Positions 1 through 11,800 of a DNA stretch of 64,000 bases are shown in pieces; the first letter of the stretch is position 1, and the number at the start of each line of letters is the position of its first letter. A program made the translations under genes and the position numbers. Under the pieces are notes generated by a model. That model had not been told where the DNA came from. It ran no database searches and was given only the letters and a program-made list of their open reading frames with translations. Source of the stretch: Amoebophrya sp. A120 (Eukaryota > Protista > Dinoflagellata); assembly GCA_905178155.1 (NCBI GenBank), contig CAJINV010000004.1, positions 2,250,231 through 2,314,230 of the forward strand, read 5' to 3'.

Positions 1-390
1 GCGGTGCTTTTTTTGGTCGGAACGGAGATGGACTACGTGGAGGTCGAAATGGGGTCGGAATTTGTCTTCAACAATCCCATATCAAATGCAAAAATGTCTG
101 GGTCTGGAAGATTGGAACTTGTGATGCATGTTGCGCATCATACAAAAATCTGTGTTGCGTGACTTGCAAAAGGTGCCCATTTCTGGCCATGCTGAGTGGG
201 CATTTCTCATGCAGAACAGGCATCACAGAGGGGCTACAGGTCCTGTGATGCTAGGCCCTGCATTCCAGACTTAGTGCAGGTTAGAGAAACTGCATGAGAA
301 ATATCGGAATCTTCCAGACCCAGACATTTTTGCATTTGATATCCCAACCAAAAGTCCAGTTGCGGCTGCGGGCAGAGCTTCAATGTGTAG
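1..390 (+). CDS. ISCA: Iron-sulfur cluster assembly protein IscA/HesB family, 3' part; exons 1-79 and 347-390
   Basis: Removing 80-346 gives AVLFLVGTEMDYVEVEMGSEFVFNNPNQKSSCGCGQSFNV*, which ends in the IscA C-terminal CGCGxSF motif. Confidence 0.9.
80..341. mobile_element. Family A TIR introner in the IscA gene
   Basis: TIR TATCAAATGCAAAAATGTCTGGGTCTGGAA, with its reverse complement at the right end. DR is TCCCA/TCCCA. Confidence 0.95.
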
Positions 391-829
391 GAGTAGACCT
401 AGACCTACGTGCAGCAGCAGTAGCACGACGAAGACGACTGACTGCTGGGGCCGGACGTTGAGGACAAAGTTGTGTACAACGTTAGTAGTGCGAGCAGGAG
501 GACTCAGCTCCACCCCTTCCGTCGCCCCCGATTACTTACCCGCGGTCGCCGACTTTTATTTACCCGCGGGCTTCGTGTAAGCAAGTAAGTAAGTAAGTAA
601 GTACCTAGTTGTCTTCGGGCAGCGCAGCTACTCAGCCTACTGGAGTTTCATCACCCAAGATGGACCGACATCGCACGACATCGGGAGCACCACGGGAAGG
701 CCGCGTCGCGTGCGTCGTGGGGCGCTTTTCTCCTGCGGGGACAGAGATCCTCGGTTGAGGAGGTGGTGAAGTAGAGAAAATCGGGTGAGCAGGCGACGGC
801 ACTGCACGTGTGTCAGCAGAAGTGTCGGA

Positions 830-1120
830 AGTCCTACACGCTCGGGGTCCAGTACCTCCCTGAAAATGATTTTAGTATCTTGATGCCCCCTTCAGTTCTT
901 CACCCCGCCCACGACGGACCTGCTGGATGGTCACAGCGAGCACGATGTTGACCCTATAAACGTAGGAACAGCGATCGCGATTATATTCATGTTGTAGTAG
1001 ACTGTCTGGTGGTGTGGGCTAGTAGTGCTGCGACAGAAGATGAACAAACGACAAGGATTTAAATTGAATTCTCTTCACCTAATACGGTCACACGAGGACG
1101 ATACGACGCCGACAGTTCAC
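830..1120. repeat. Diverged dispersed repeat, copy 1 (copy 2 at about 6545-6895)
   Basis: Shared blocks CTACACGCTCGGG, GTCACAGCGAGCAC, GTTGACCCTATAA, GAACAGCGATCGCGAT and GGTCACACGAGGACGATAC. Confidence 0.75.
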
Positions 1121-1707
1121 ACAGGACAATACGACTTTCGTTTTGCTTCGCAAAACGAAAAGCGCAGCGATTGATTGCCGTATCGCCTGACCGGTGGCGG
1201 AGTTCATAACGTTCCCCAGTTGTACGGTGGAAGAGGATAAATCTATCGCGATCTAAAGACTATGCTGTTCGCTCGTCTCGCTCTTTTAGCTGCCGTGAGT
1301 GTCGAGTGTGAGATGTCGCGTAGTCGGAACTGTCCCCTGCACGGAGTGAAATTGTGTCCGTAAAAACATGAGGATGATCGTAATTTTGTGTAAAACGATA
1401 GTCACAACAAGACCTTGTTTGCCATCGTTGAAGCCTGCTCCTGAGGGCTTCCGAGAGTCAAAATGTCAAAATCCTTTGTGCGATTTGAACACGACGTTTT
1501 CGATAAAATGAAAATTCCAGATCGAGCATCGACGACGTGATCGTGTCGTTAGATTTCTTTGTTATTTTGTATCGTAACTGTGTTTATTATTACGCGAAGA
1601 GTTGTGACGACTAAGTGCGACTATGGACACACGATTTTGCCAAACAGGTCGCGCAAGTCCCCCAAGAGCATCATCAATCGTGAAAATTTAGGTTTTTATG
1701 TGCGTAA

Positions 1708-1800
1708 CCCTTGGTTGGAGGAAAGCGTAAAGTGACGTCACCCTTGGTCGTTGTAAGAAAACGTAAATTGACGTCACCCTTGGTTGGAGGAAGAGCAAAT
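1708..1800. repeat. Imperfect tandem repeat of about 35 bp, about 2.7 copies
   Basis: The unit CCCTTGGT...CGTAAA(G/T)TGACGTCA is repeated. Confidence 0.7.
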
Positions 1801-1962
1801 TAGTATCCTCTCGGACAGTACGACCACGCCCAGCCCTTCGCTCCTGCAACAGAACGACTGCGACGTGCAGCCTATGTGGTTCCGCAGGTGGCCGTGGCAC
1901 GAGCGGCTGGTTACTGCTTAGTAGGGAGACAACATGAACATAATCTCCACCGCTGCAGCTAA

Positions 1963-2298
1963 TAATATTCCACCCGAGGATGGTCCTCTGTGTGGTCTTC
2001 TCGGCGAGGAGGTCGACACATCTCCTTCTCCTTTTTAGTAGGAAGACAACTACACGGCACACTTCTGTGTCTCCTTAGTAGCCGACACATCTTCGCGGCG
2101 TTACTTAGTAGGAAGACAACTACATCAACACCTCCTTCTCCACCGGTGCAGCTAATCTGGTAACCAAAGCGTGCGCGGTAGGCTTCGCGCTGATTGGGGC
2201 GGTTCGCACGCATTTGGTTACCAATATCGCCCTCCGGGCGCGACCTCAATATTCCACCCGAGGATGGTCCTCTGTGTCTTCTCGGCGAGGAGGTCGAC
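1963..2298. repeat. Local duplications of about 50 bp and about 20 bp
   Basis: AATATTCCACCCGAGGATGGTCCTCTGTGT...CTTCTCGGCGAGGAGGTCGAC occurs at about 1963 and 2248. TAGTAGGAAGACAACTACA occurs twice. Confidence 0.75.
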
Positions 2299-5200
2299 GG
2301 CAACGTTCTTTCCCCGCACTGCCGGGGGCACCAGCTGCACCGCAGTCGTTGTTGCACGGCGCTTCTGTAGTTCACTCCTTCTTTTCTTGTTCCTCGGAAC
2401 TACGCAGAAGGTGCTACTGTTTACCAGAGCGACCACTACTTTCCGGGACGAAGGAAGTACAAGTAGCCGAAGCGACGCGCAGGCCGGCAAGAAAACGACA
2501 ACCACCACGAGGACACACGACGAACACGAAGAGCAGAAGCTGCCAAGAACTCGTGGGCGGCCCACAACAGCCCCGGTGGCCGATGACTTTTTTGACGATG
2601 ATGTTCGTGCAGGCGACGAGAAAAACGTGAAAACTCGTGCGCGTGCAAGTTCTTACACAACTTATCTGCACGGAGATGCCGTCTTCGACATCGAAGAATA
2701 TGCATTGCAAATATGTCTGGGTCTGGAACAATGATGCGAACTTGTCATGCGCATTTCAAATCGCACGAAGAATCTGTCATGCGCGGACAGCAAAAGTGGC
2801 CGACTTTGATGTGTCACCGAAATAAGAGGGGAAGGATCAGGCATTGAGATACCTTCTCAAGACCTGTAATGCCAGGGCCTCCAACATGCGGACATTTTGT
2901 GTCACGGGAAAACAGCATGACAAACTTCTACGGTCTTCCAGACCCACACATATTTGCATTTGATAAAGAAAGCAGGACACCCATCAAGCATGCCGCTACG
3001 CCAGCAGCGTCCGGGCGCGCCGCTCTTGAAGTTGGAGCAGCAGGTACTGGAGGCATAGAAGATGCTTATCAAAGGCAAAAATGTCTGGGTCTGGAAACTT
3101 GTGATGCAAGGAAGGGAATATTCAATATTGAGCACACTGTAATGCGCAGCACCCCAGCATGACAAGTTTTTCCGTGGTTCAGAGTTGCGTACCCCGCATG
3201 AGAAGCTGCGTTTTTGCATGACAGACAAGAGGACCTCTTCGCGGGCACGCAATACAGAGTTTAGAGTCATGCCAGACTAGCATGACAAATCTCGCAATCT
3301 CCCAGACCCAGACATATTTGCAGTTCATAATGCTCCAGGAAGAACAACCTCCGCCGTGGACGAGGAAGGGGAAGATGAGATTCTCGAAAAGCGTGCTGAT
3401 GAAGGTGCCGACGTCCTCACGTCTGAGCACCCGGAACATGATGCGCAGCAAGAAGCGAAGCCGGAGATGATGAAGCAAGAGCGGTCTGCTCTACTTGAGG
3501 GCGAACGTGTAGTTGTTAAAAACACCCAGCATCACCATCCGAATCTCCGGGGCGGTAGACCTGCAAGTAGTGGTAGCAGCTTAGCAACATCGTCAAGGGC
3601 GGAGGTCACATCAAGTTCTATGGTAGCGCTACAAGAGGTAGTAGTGCGGCAGATTGATGAAGAAAAATCTTCTTTCCTGAATTCAACGGCGTCATCAAAA
3701 TCGTCGGCAGAAGGTGAAAAAAGCGATGAACTTTTTAAGTCGTCGGACTTTGTGCAAAAGACTGCTGGATCCGTCGTGAACACCCGCTTGAGCAGCTCCG
3801 GAGAGACGACCAAGATGAAAGCAAAAGAAAAAGAACAGCTACTACACCAAGAAAAACAACAGCAGCGTACAACGGTGCAAGTCGGAGACCTGCTAGGATG
3901 TGTGTGCAGTGCGGGAGGACCTTCGTTCTCTTTGCCCGAGGCCTTCCTCCGCCATAATCCGTGGGCGCGTGTTGAACCGGTTTGCAAGCCGCCGGCCTTC
4001 TGCCCCATATTTGGGCGACCCTACTACGTCCCGTGGAACGCTCCAGTCTCCCTCGTGGACCAGTTTGGCAAAAGCGCAGGGTTATTGAAAGCCGCGAAAG
4101 ATAACAATGGCCTGTTCACGTCGCTCAACAGTCTACTATCACGATATCTCCTCGGACTAGAAGAAGAACCCCCGAGAACGGGCGGCCGCTCGCCTGGTGG
4201 TGTTGAAGCCGCCGCACAATCATCCCCGAGAAATAAAGTAGCAACTACCTGGCGACAACGCGCGCAGGCGCTGGTCGAGGCCGCGCAGTCTCGAATCTTC
4301 TCGACTCCTACAGATGTCGTGGACGGACATGTGGAGCAGTTATTTCGAGAGCTTGATGCGGAGTTCGACGCGGAAGTATCAAATGCAAAAATGTCTGGGT
4401 CTGGAAGGATGCAAGGTTTGTCATGCACGGTTTGCATGACTCCTGATGTCTGCGATGCATGCCCTAGCATCACAGATCTTGTGAGGGCTTTCTGATGGTG
4501 CCTATACCGTATGAGAAATGCCCTCTCGCCGGGGCCAAAACCAGACCTCTTTTGCTGTTCATGCAATACAGATTTTTGGATAATGCAGACGCAGCATGAC
4601 AAGTTGCATTCTTCCAGACCCAGACATTTTTACAGTTGATAGGAAGAGGGGTTAGACGATGGACTCGACGTGGTTGACCCGAGGCTGCTTGAAAACCCCC
4701 CGCCCGGAGCTTTGGTCAGCCCGGTTGCCGCGGTCTTTGACTTGGACGAGGTGGATTCCGACGGGAGGGGAACGGGGCTGCGTGGCCGCTGGGACTCGCC
4801 GACCAACGCGGACCCGTTTCTGCTCCGCTTCACTCCAGACCTCGACGTCCCGCACTCGCACTACAGAATGTCCAGAGTCACGCAGTTCTCGGAGTTGTTC
4901 CCGCACGACGTCTACCAAGTGCAAAAATGTCTGGGTCTGGAAGAATGCAACTTGTGATGCTGCATTTGGATTCCAAGAAAATTTGTATTGCATGAGTACC
5001 AAAGGGAATGCAGTTTTTGCTACGGCGCTGAGAAGACATTTGTCATGCGGAATAGGCACCAAGAAGGCCTCAAAACATCTGTATTGCTAGGGTATGCATC
5101 ACAGACATCATGGCTCATGCAAAACGTGCATGACAAGTGTCAGAATCTTCCAGACCCAGACATTTTTACAGTTGATAACGTCGCACAGCGCACCCCCAGA

Positions 5201-6581
5201 AGATCACCTCCCGCCGCGGAACAAGCGGACCCTGGAAAAGGAAATTTGCATTCCCGTAGAGATAATAAATCGAAGCATCGAAGCATGCTTGACGTATCAT
5301 TTTCAAGTGATATTACGGCATATGGTGACGTTTTTGTGTATTTTTTATTGCAAGGAAAAATCCCCCCGTCCCATATCAAAACGAAATTTCTGATGCTGGA
5401 TTTGTGTACACAGACCAGCTGCAGGAAGGCACTCTTGCGGCCAGATCCCCAGGCTAGGTAGGGGCGTATGAGTCTAGTTCTTCAGCATGGCAGACGGCTC
5501 CCCTTTAAGCCCGCCAGCGTGGCAAATCGCTTCCCTAATGGGGCGGAAGCTTCTGCCCTTGTCGTCTTCCAAGACACACTTGATTTGTGGCCTCAAATCA
5601 GGAGCACAAATTTTCGGAAACATAGGTTTTCAATATGGGGAGGGGGGATTTTCCATTTTGATACTTTTCCAGTATTATTTCCGCATGGGATTTTGCGACT
5701 TCTGCAGATCGAGCTGTCTTCGAGGCGCCGCCACGGCTTCACAACATGTGCTATCCCACGAAAAGAGTGTAGTTTCACTGTAAGGATTTTGCAAGTTGTT
5801 TTGCATGAGAAGTTTGATGTTCTACATGGCGAAGAAAATTTGCCATGCGAGGTTGTTCCTAAGGGAAATAAACACAACTATAGAATCAATTCCCTGTCTT
5901 GCATGTGTAGTAGCACGACAAACACTTCTATAGATGCATTACAAGTTTACCCTGAAGTAACAGTTTTTTCCTGCGATATGTGTGTTGAGTCGTGTATTCT
6001 GTACATGTACGAATACGTGACCGGGGGGGACGCGCCGGAAGACAAGAAAACAGATGATCCTGCCTATCAAAAAGAAAAATCCCCCTCCCCCATATCGAAA
6101 ACGAAATTTGTGATGCAGTATTTGAGTACAGTCTGACTCATGATCAGTATTCTTGATCATGCTTACAGTACACAAATTGTCTTGCTGGAGAGGACTGCAG
6201 ACCCATATCAAGCCTGAGGAGAGAGGCTTTGACTTAGGCGCTTAGCATGAAAAGCGTCCGTGATGTTGGCTCAACAGCATGACAAACCGGCTCCATAATG
6301 GGACGGAAGCTGCTGCCCTTGTCTTCTTGCAACACAAACGTGATTTGTGACCTCAAATCAGTAACACAAATTTTCGAAAGCCTACCTCTTCAATATGGGG
6401 AGGGGGGATTTTTCCTTGCGATACTGCCATGGTGCGCGCGCTCCTCCGGGTACATGGAGCGCTCGTGCGGTACGCCGAAGATCCTGAGTCTCCCGGCGCC
6501 GTCTCCAAAGTGGGGTTTTTTGGCGACCCAGACGCTGTGGCGGCAGTTCTACACGCTCGGGAGCCAGGAGCAGCTCCCTGA
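2171..6581 (+). CDS. Hypothetical multi-exon protein (start and middle exons uncertain)
   Basis: ORFs 2171, 2869, 3356, 4670 and 4988 join in frame when each element plus one DR is removed (DIEE|SRTP, EDA|PGR, AEE|GLD, HDV|AQR, DPA|MVR). Confidence 0.6.
2699..2965. mobile_element. Family A introner
   Basis: Family A TIRs; DR AAGAA/AAGAA. Confidence 0.92.
3067..3329. mobile_element. Family A introner
   Basis: Family A TIRs; DR ATGCT/ATGCT. Confidence 0.92.
4377..4641. mobile_element. Family A introner
   Basis: Family A TIRs; DR GGAAG/GGAAG. Confidence 0.93.
4913..5177. mobile_element. Family A introner
   Basis: Family A TIRs (left end TAC); DR ACGTC/ACGTC. Confidence 0.92.
5346..5663. mobile_element. 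Family C element (TIR TAT-N7-AAAAATCCCCC(C)TCCCCATATC)
   Basis: Family C TIRs; DR TTTTT/CTTTT. AT-rich context, possibly intronic. Confidence 0.85.
6065..6423. mobile_element. Family C introner
   Basis: Family C TIRs; DR CTGCC/CTGCC. Confidence 0.92.
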
Positions 6582-6895
6582 AGTTGATTTTAGGATGATC
6601 TTGGTGTCCTCTTCACCCCCACGACACGCCTGCCGGATAGTAGTCACAGCGAGCACAATGTTGAGGTTGACCCTATAACCGTGGGAACAGCGATCGCGAT
6701 AGTCATGTTGTAGCAGACTGGTGGTGTGTAGCTGTACTACTGCGACACACGATGAATAAACAATTAAAAAAAAAAATGAAAAAAAACTTAAAAAAGTCCA
6801 AAAAAATCAAGATACTTGTAAAAAAAACCCACGACAAGGATTCAGATGCGCTTCAACTAATATGGTCACACGAGGACGATACCCCGCCGACACTT
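6545..6895. repeat. Diverged dispersed repeat, copy 2 (copy 1 at about 830-1120)
   Basis: Same blocks as copy 1, with an A-rich insertion. Confidence 0.75.
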
Positions 6896-7050
6896 CGCGG
6901 ATCTTTCTTATACTAACTGCATGCAAGGATGAGGGGAAAGCGCCCTTGTCACCTATACAGCTTTTCTTTGCTGTTCTTGTGCACGAGATGCAATAGAAAT
7001 ACTTGAATGCAAGGTCCATTTTGATGTATCTCACTGCCCGTCGTTTTCAG

Positions 7051-8126
7051 GCAATGGTCTTCGGTGAGTTTTTTGCTGGGATCATGGTGCAAGCGAAGCA
7101 TCGTTTATTGCGCAGTAACCAGTCTCGGACTAGAGCTGTTGCTAGCATGCTCCTCAGATCAATGAGATCCATGAACTAGGTCACAGAACACCGGTAGGTG
7201 TAGGATGTAAATACAGGGGTCACACTAGTAGGATCACAGGGATCACACACAGGACACCACTAGAGTGGTGAGGATGACACCAATGGAATCATGTGAAACA
7301 TGTACACAGTGCCAGAATGGCTTCTGGTCTTCGGGCCAGTAGCTGTAAGAATCAATTGCCCTGGAACTCCGTAGTACCTACTAGGTAGGTGCTTAGATAG
7401 TAACTCTGTTCTCTATCTTAGGACAGCGTGCTAGTTAGCATGCCTCGTCCCTGACGCTTGACACGTCCACAGAGTTATGAGCCCAAGGAGTTCCCCTATT
7501 GGGAACGGGTAAGCACTACAAGCCACCCCCACCTATCCCTGCATAAGAGTAGGGAATGAGCTCCCCACGAAGTTGTGAAGTTGTGAAGAAATCCCAAGGC
7601 GTTGCTTCTCAAGCTGGTAGGCTTTGACAAAAGGCAATAAAAGGCTACGCCCGGCTCTGACGACCTGGGTTTTCCCAAGGTGTCGAGCCTGGTCGCATCT
7701 TCGTCGTTAAGATGTTGATGAAGGAACCGCCCCCCTCTGCTGATAGATGAAATTCCCGTCCTTATTCGCGATGGGAGCATCGCTTTCCGTTGAATTCCAT
7801 GCAGTGTCTGCATTCGGCCTTACCTGTGCTGGGAGTGTAAGCAATCGGTATAGAAATCTGAACGAATTGAATATGTGACAACCTTCCCCAGCTCGCGATG
7901 TATTTCCGAGCGGTATAGAGTGCGTTTAAGCAAGTAAAGGCAGTCGGCCTAGACTGGGGCCCAGTGGCCGCATTCCTTTGAGTCTGATCCCGGTGGCATA
8001 CTTGGGATCGAAATCGATTGAGATTTTGTAGTAGGCGTAGCGGACAGAGTGGGCGTTATTTTGCCAGCGCAGCAATGGTCTTCGGTGAGTTTTTTGCTGG
8101 GATCAGGGTGCAAGCGAATCATCGTT
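7051..8126. repeat. Pair of about 55-bp direct repeats (about 7051-7105 and 8072-8126) enclosing about 1 kb
   Basis: GCAATGGTCTTCGGTGAGTTTTTTGCTGGGATCA(T/G)GGTGCAAGCGAA(G/T)CATCGTT occurs twice. Confidence 0.8.
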
Positions 8127-8840
8127 GTTTTTACGCTGGATCGAGGGAGATATGTATCATCCTCTGTGTGGGAAACAGCGATCGTCTGTTCTGTCGTAAT
8201 TGTTCTTTCGAGGAGAGAACGAGTCTTTTTTTCTTGATTGTCGTGATGTTTTTTCTTGCACATAAGCAACAAACAGGAAAGAGGACCCATTTTGCAGCGT
8301 CGGTGAGGTTTTTTGGTTTCTTTCTTGTTGTTTTAAAGATAAAAATCATCAATTTCGGTGGTTTCGATGCCACGACGTTGTATAAAAAATCGTCGTCACT
8401 CTGTTCTGGAACATTCAAATTCAGTGAATATAGGTGCAAGTCGTTTTATTTCGAAAACACGCTTGGTTTATTTGCTGCAGTCGTGGCATAGCTCTCTCCT
8501 TCGTACAGTAGCACGGAATGATCGTGGATATCTGATAGTCGTCTGTTGATTCGTTTTATTTCGCGTTTCCTCTTTGCGGTTATGGTTTCTGACAAACAAA
8601 ATTTTCCACCCGTCGTGTAATTGATCCGCGTTTAGACCTCTTCTATTCGTAATACAATAGCCCACGCAGTTACTAGTCAACCTGAGTCACATATTTGCTT
8701 ATGAACACCTGCGCGCCCCGCACGCGCACGCGCAAAGGGAAACTACCAGTAGTACAACTCGTTTACTGAACCCGCAGCATTTATTTGAGAAGTCCTTTGT
8801 CTACCAATCGAAGTGCAGATTTTCGAAAGACATCAAAAAG

Positions 8841-11800
8841 ATGATGCAAGGCCTACTGAAGCCGTACAAGAACGTGGCTGCTATCCTGAGCAGAAACGTC
8901 CCTGCCCCAGAGTCAATGATTGGGTACGTAGCAATAAAAGAAATCCAGAAGCTTTCGGAGTCACGCATGACAAGTTCCTCGCTGCATTGTAGTGCAGTTG
9001 AGCAAGCGCGGCCGCATGACCACAGTGCCGTCCTCTCCTTGTCCTGTTTAGAGCAGCGCTAGTACAACTACACATGCCATCAAAAGTTACGGCTGGAAAT
9101 GTCTACTTTGTCATCATGGGCGGGACGCGCATTGCAAATGTTAATGTTCCTGCAGTGCCAAATCTGCATGACAACCCAACCCTGCTGGGGTGAGAACGTT
9201 TTTGTCCAGGATAGCCGTGGAGAAGCAGCAGCGCGACGCGGCCAACAAGTCCAACGCCTCGGAACTATCAAATGTAAAAATGTCCGGGTCTGGAAGACTG
9301 CCAGGTTTGTGTTGCATATTCTGCATCAGCCACCAAGCATCACAGATTCTTAGAGGGCTTTGTGATGCCGATTCCGCATGAGAGATACCCTCCACACGTG
9401 GCACAAACTGGCCTCGTCTTGCTGGTCATGCATCACAGATTTCTTTAGAATCCACAGACAGCATCACAAGTTGGATCCTTCCAGACCCAGACATTTTTAC
9501 AATCCATAGGAACCTCTCTCGGTCCAATCTGGCATCAGCTCGGATGGCACGCACTCCTCCGCCGGGGCGGCGCACCAGGGTATGACGAACGAAGATTTAA
9601 GTAATTCTGCCCGCTTCCTCCGTATTTGTACTAAATGTATGTTATCCCACAGAAAAAAGCTGGCAGGTCACATTTGTAATGCAAAAATAAATACACAAAG
9701 CAATCTGTATTGCGTATCCGAAGCAGCATGCTATGAGGCCGCCCATGGCAGATTTTTCTGTGTATTTATTTTTGCATTACAAATATGCCCTGCCGGCTTT
9801 TTTCTGTGGGATATATGTTGAAACTCAAATTATATTAACCTCGTTTCCTCAGCCTGCGAGCTGTCTGTTCCATGATCGGCATGGTGACAGAGTATCGAGA
9901 AAAACCGTACATCAACCGCAGTACGCATGGATTGCGAGAACTGTGCCCTGTTTGGAATCATGGCATCCTATGGCGTCACTGATTCAACATGCAGCTAGTG
10001 TTAGAAGATAAGGCGATGGGAATATGGTGAAAATTATACTTCTTGTTTACTCATTCTGCATCTTCACTTGCGACGAGCTCTTTTACCACTACCAAATAAG
10101 GAGGTTGTTGGACGGGTGGAATCAAGGGGTTTTTTGTGCACGCTGATACATGACAGCAGCAGTACCCAAGCGACGTCGAGCGGGGAGTTGAGTCCGCCTA
10201 TCAAGAAGAGAAATCCCCCCTCGTCCCAATATCGAAAAGGCACGCCTCAGAAAATTTGCAGTGTTGATTTGGGGCCACAAGTGGCCTCTTTCTTGCAAGA
10301 AGGCAACTGCTCTACCGGCTCCGCGGTTTAGGATGCTCCTAGACCGCATTACACAGGCGGTTTGGGATGCCTACGTTAGACCTAGTACAGGGAAGGCGTC
10401 TGCCATGCTATGCGCCTACCCCAAAACATCCGCGCTAAGGCGGTCCAGTACTGCAAGTCACAGTACTGCAAGACACAGCTCCGGATTTGTGTACAATAAA
10501 CCTGCATCACAGATTTCCGCTTTGATAGGGGGAGGGAGGATTGATTTTTCTTCTTGATACCGCCCACGTTGCTGCACATCCGGAAGCCGTTCTGCCAACC
10601 GGTATTACAGTGAAAAATGCCCCCACGACCCCGGAATTTGCAAAAGGTTCTCATGCATAAGGTTTTCAAATGAAGAACTTTTTATTTATGCATAAAAGGA
10701 CTATGACTATGAGCCTCTCTGATGCAGCAGAATCTAGGCACGGAAGGTAGTTGCTGCATCAGAGATCCGCCTGCTCTTGGGCTCCTTTGCAAAACAAATT
10801 TCAGCTATTCAGCATGGCAAATTTGTCATGCTGATATATGCAAGACGGGGAGTGTTTCCATCGGAAGGGTTTGCAATACAAATGCTGCCAGGTAGTGCTG
10901 GGGTGTGGGCATTTTTCATTGTAATAACAGGAGCCGCGGATCAAGGACAGAAAAGAGCGGGAGAAGGCGGAACGTATCAACTACTATAGTGCTGATTTAT
11001 TTGACTTCTCTGTTGGACTTGGAGTTGGTCTAGTATCGCTTGTGCTCCTTCGAACAAACCCAAAAATCCTCTTCCTGACTGTACTCGCCGGCTTGCCAAA
11101 TGTTGCGCGCGGACGAACATCAATTCCCCAGGTGCTATGCCCGTCCCGGTTTCCTCCAGTCCTTCGCTGGCACACAGGACGTTTCTCGGCACCGCCTACC
11201 TGGGCTTCAACAAGAACCACACCGGCGCGCTATCGTATTTAAAAACGTCCCTAACCCATATTTGTATATGCAAATTTGCATGCTGAAAATGTTTCTCATG
11301 CGCAGCCCAATTAGAAGCATTTTCTACCTGCGTTTTGGAATTTGTTATGCGCCAACCAGCATGACCATGACATACTAGATCTGTGATGCTTCTGAGCTAC
11401 CTCAAACAGCAACACACTACGAGTCCGAATTTGTCATGCAAAACAGCCAAAGCGTGTGGTGTGGATTTGTCTAGCCGATTCCCCGTCTTGACTATGGGGT
11501 GGGGACGTTTTTACATGGGATACGCGCCCAACAACCTGCACCCGGTGCAGAACGTGAAGGACAAAGAGGTCCACGTATTGAGAGGAAAAATCCCCCCTCC
11601 CCATATCGAAAAGGTCTGCTTCCGAAAATTTGTGATGCAGACTTGTGACCACAAATGCTGTCTGTCTTGCAAGAGGGCAAACTCAGAGACTCCGCCACGA
11701 TATGCAGACGATTTGTAATGCTGCAAGACCTATAGGGCAGACGTCTTCCATGCTAGGCCCCTACACCAAGAGGCCCGCCCTTAGGCTTGCGATCTGCGTG

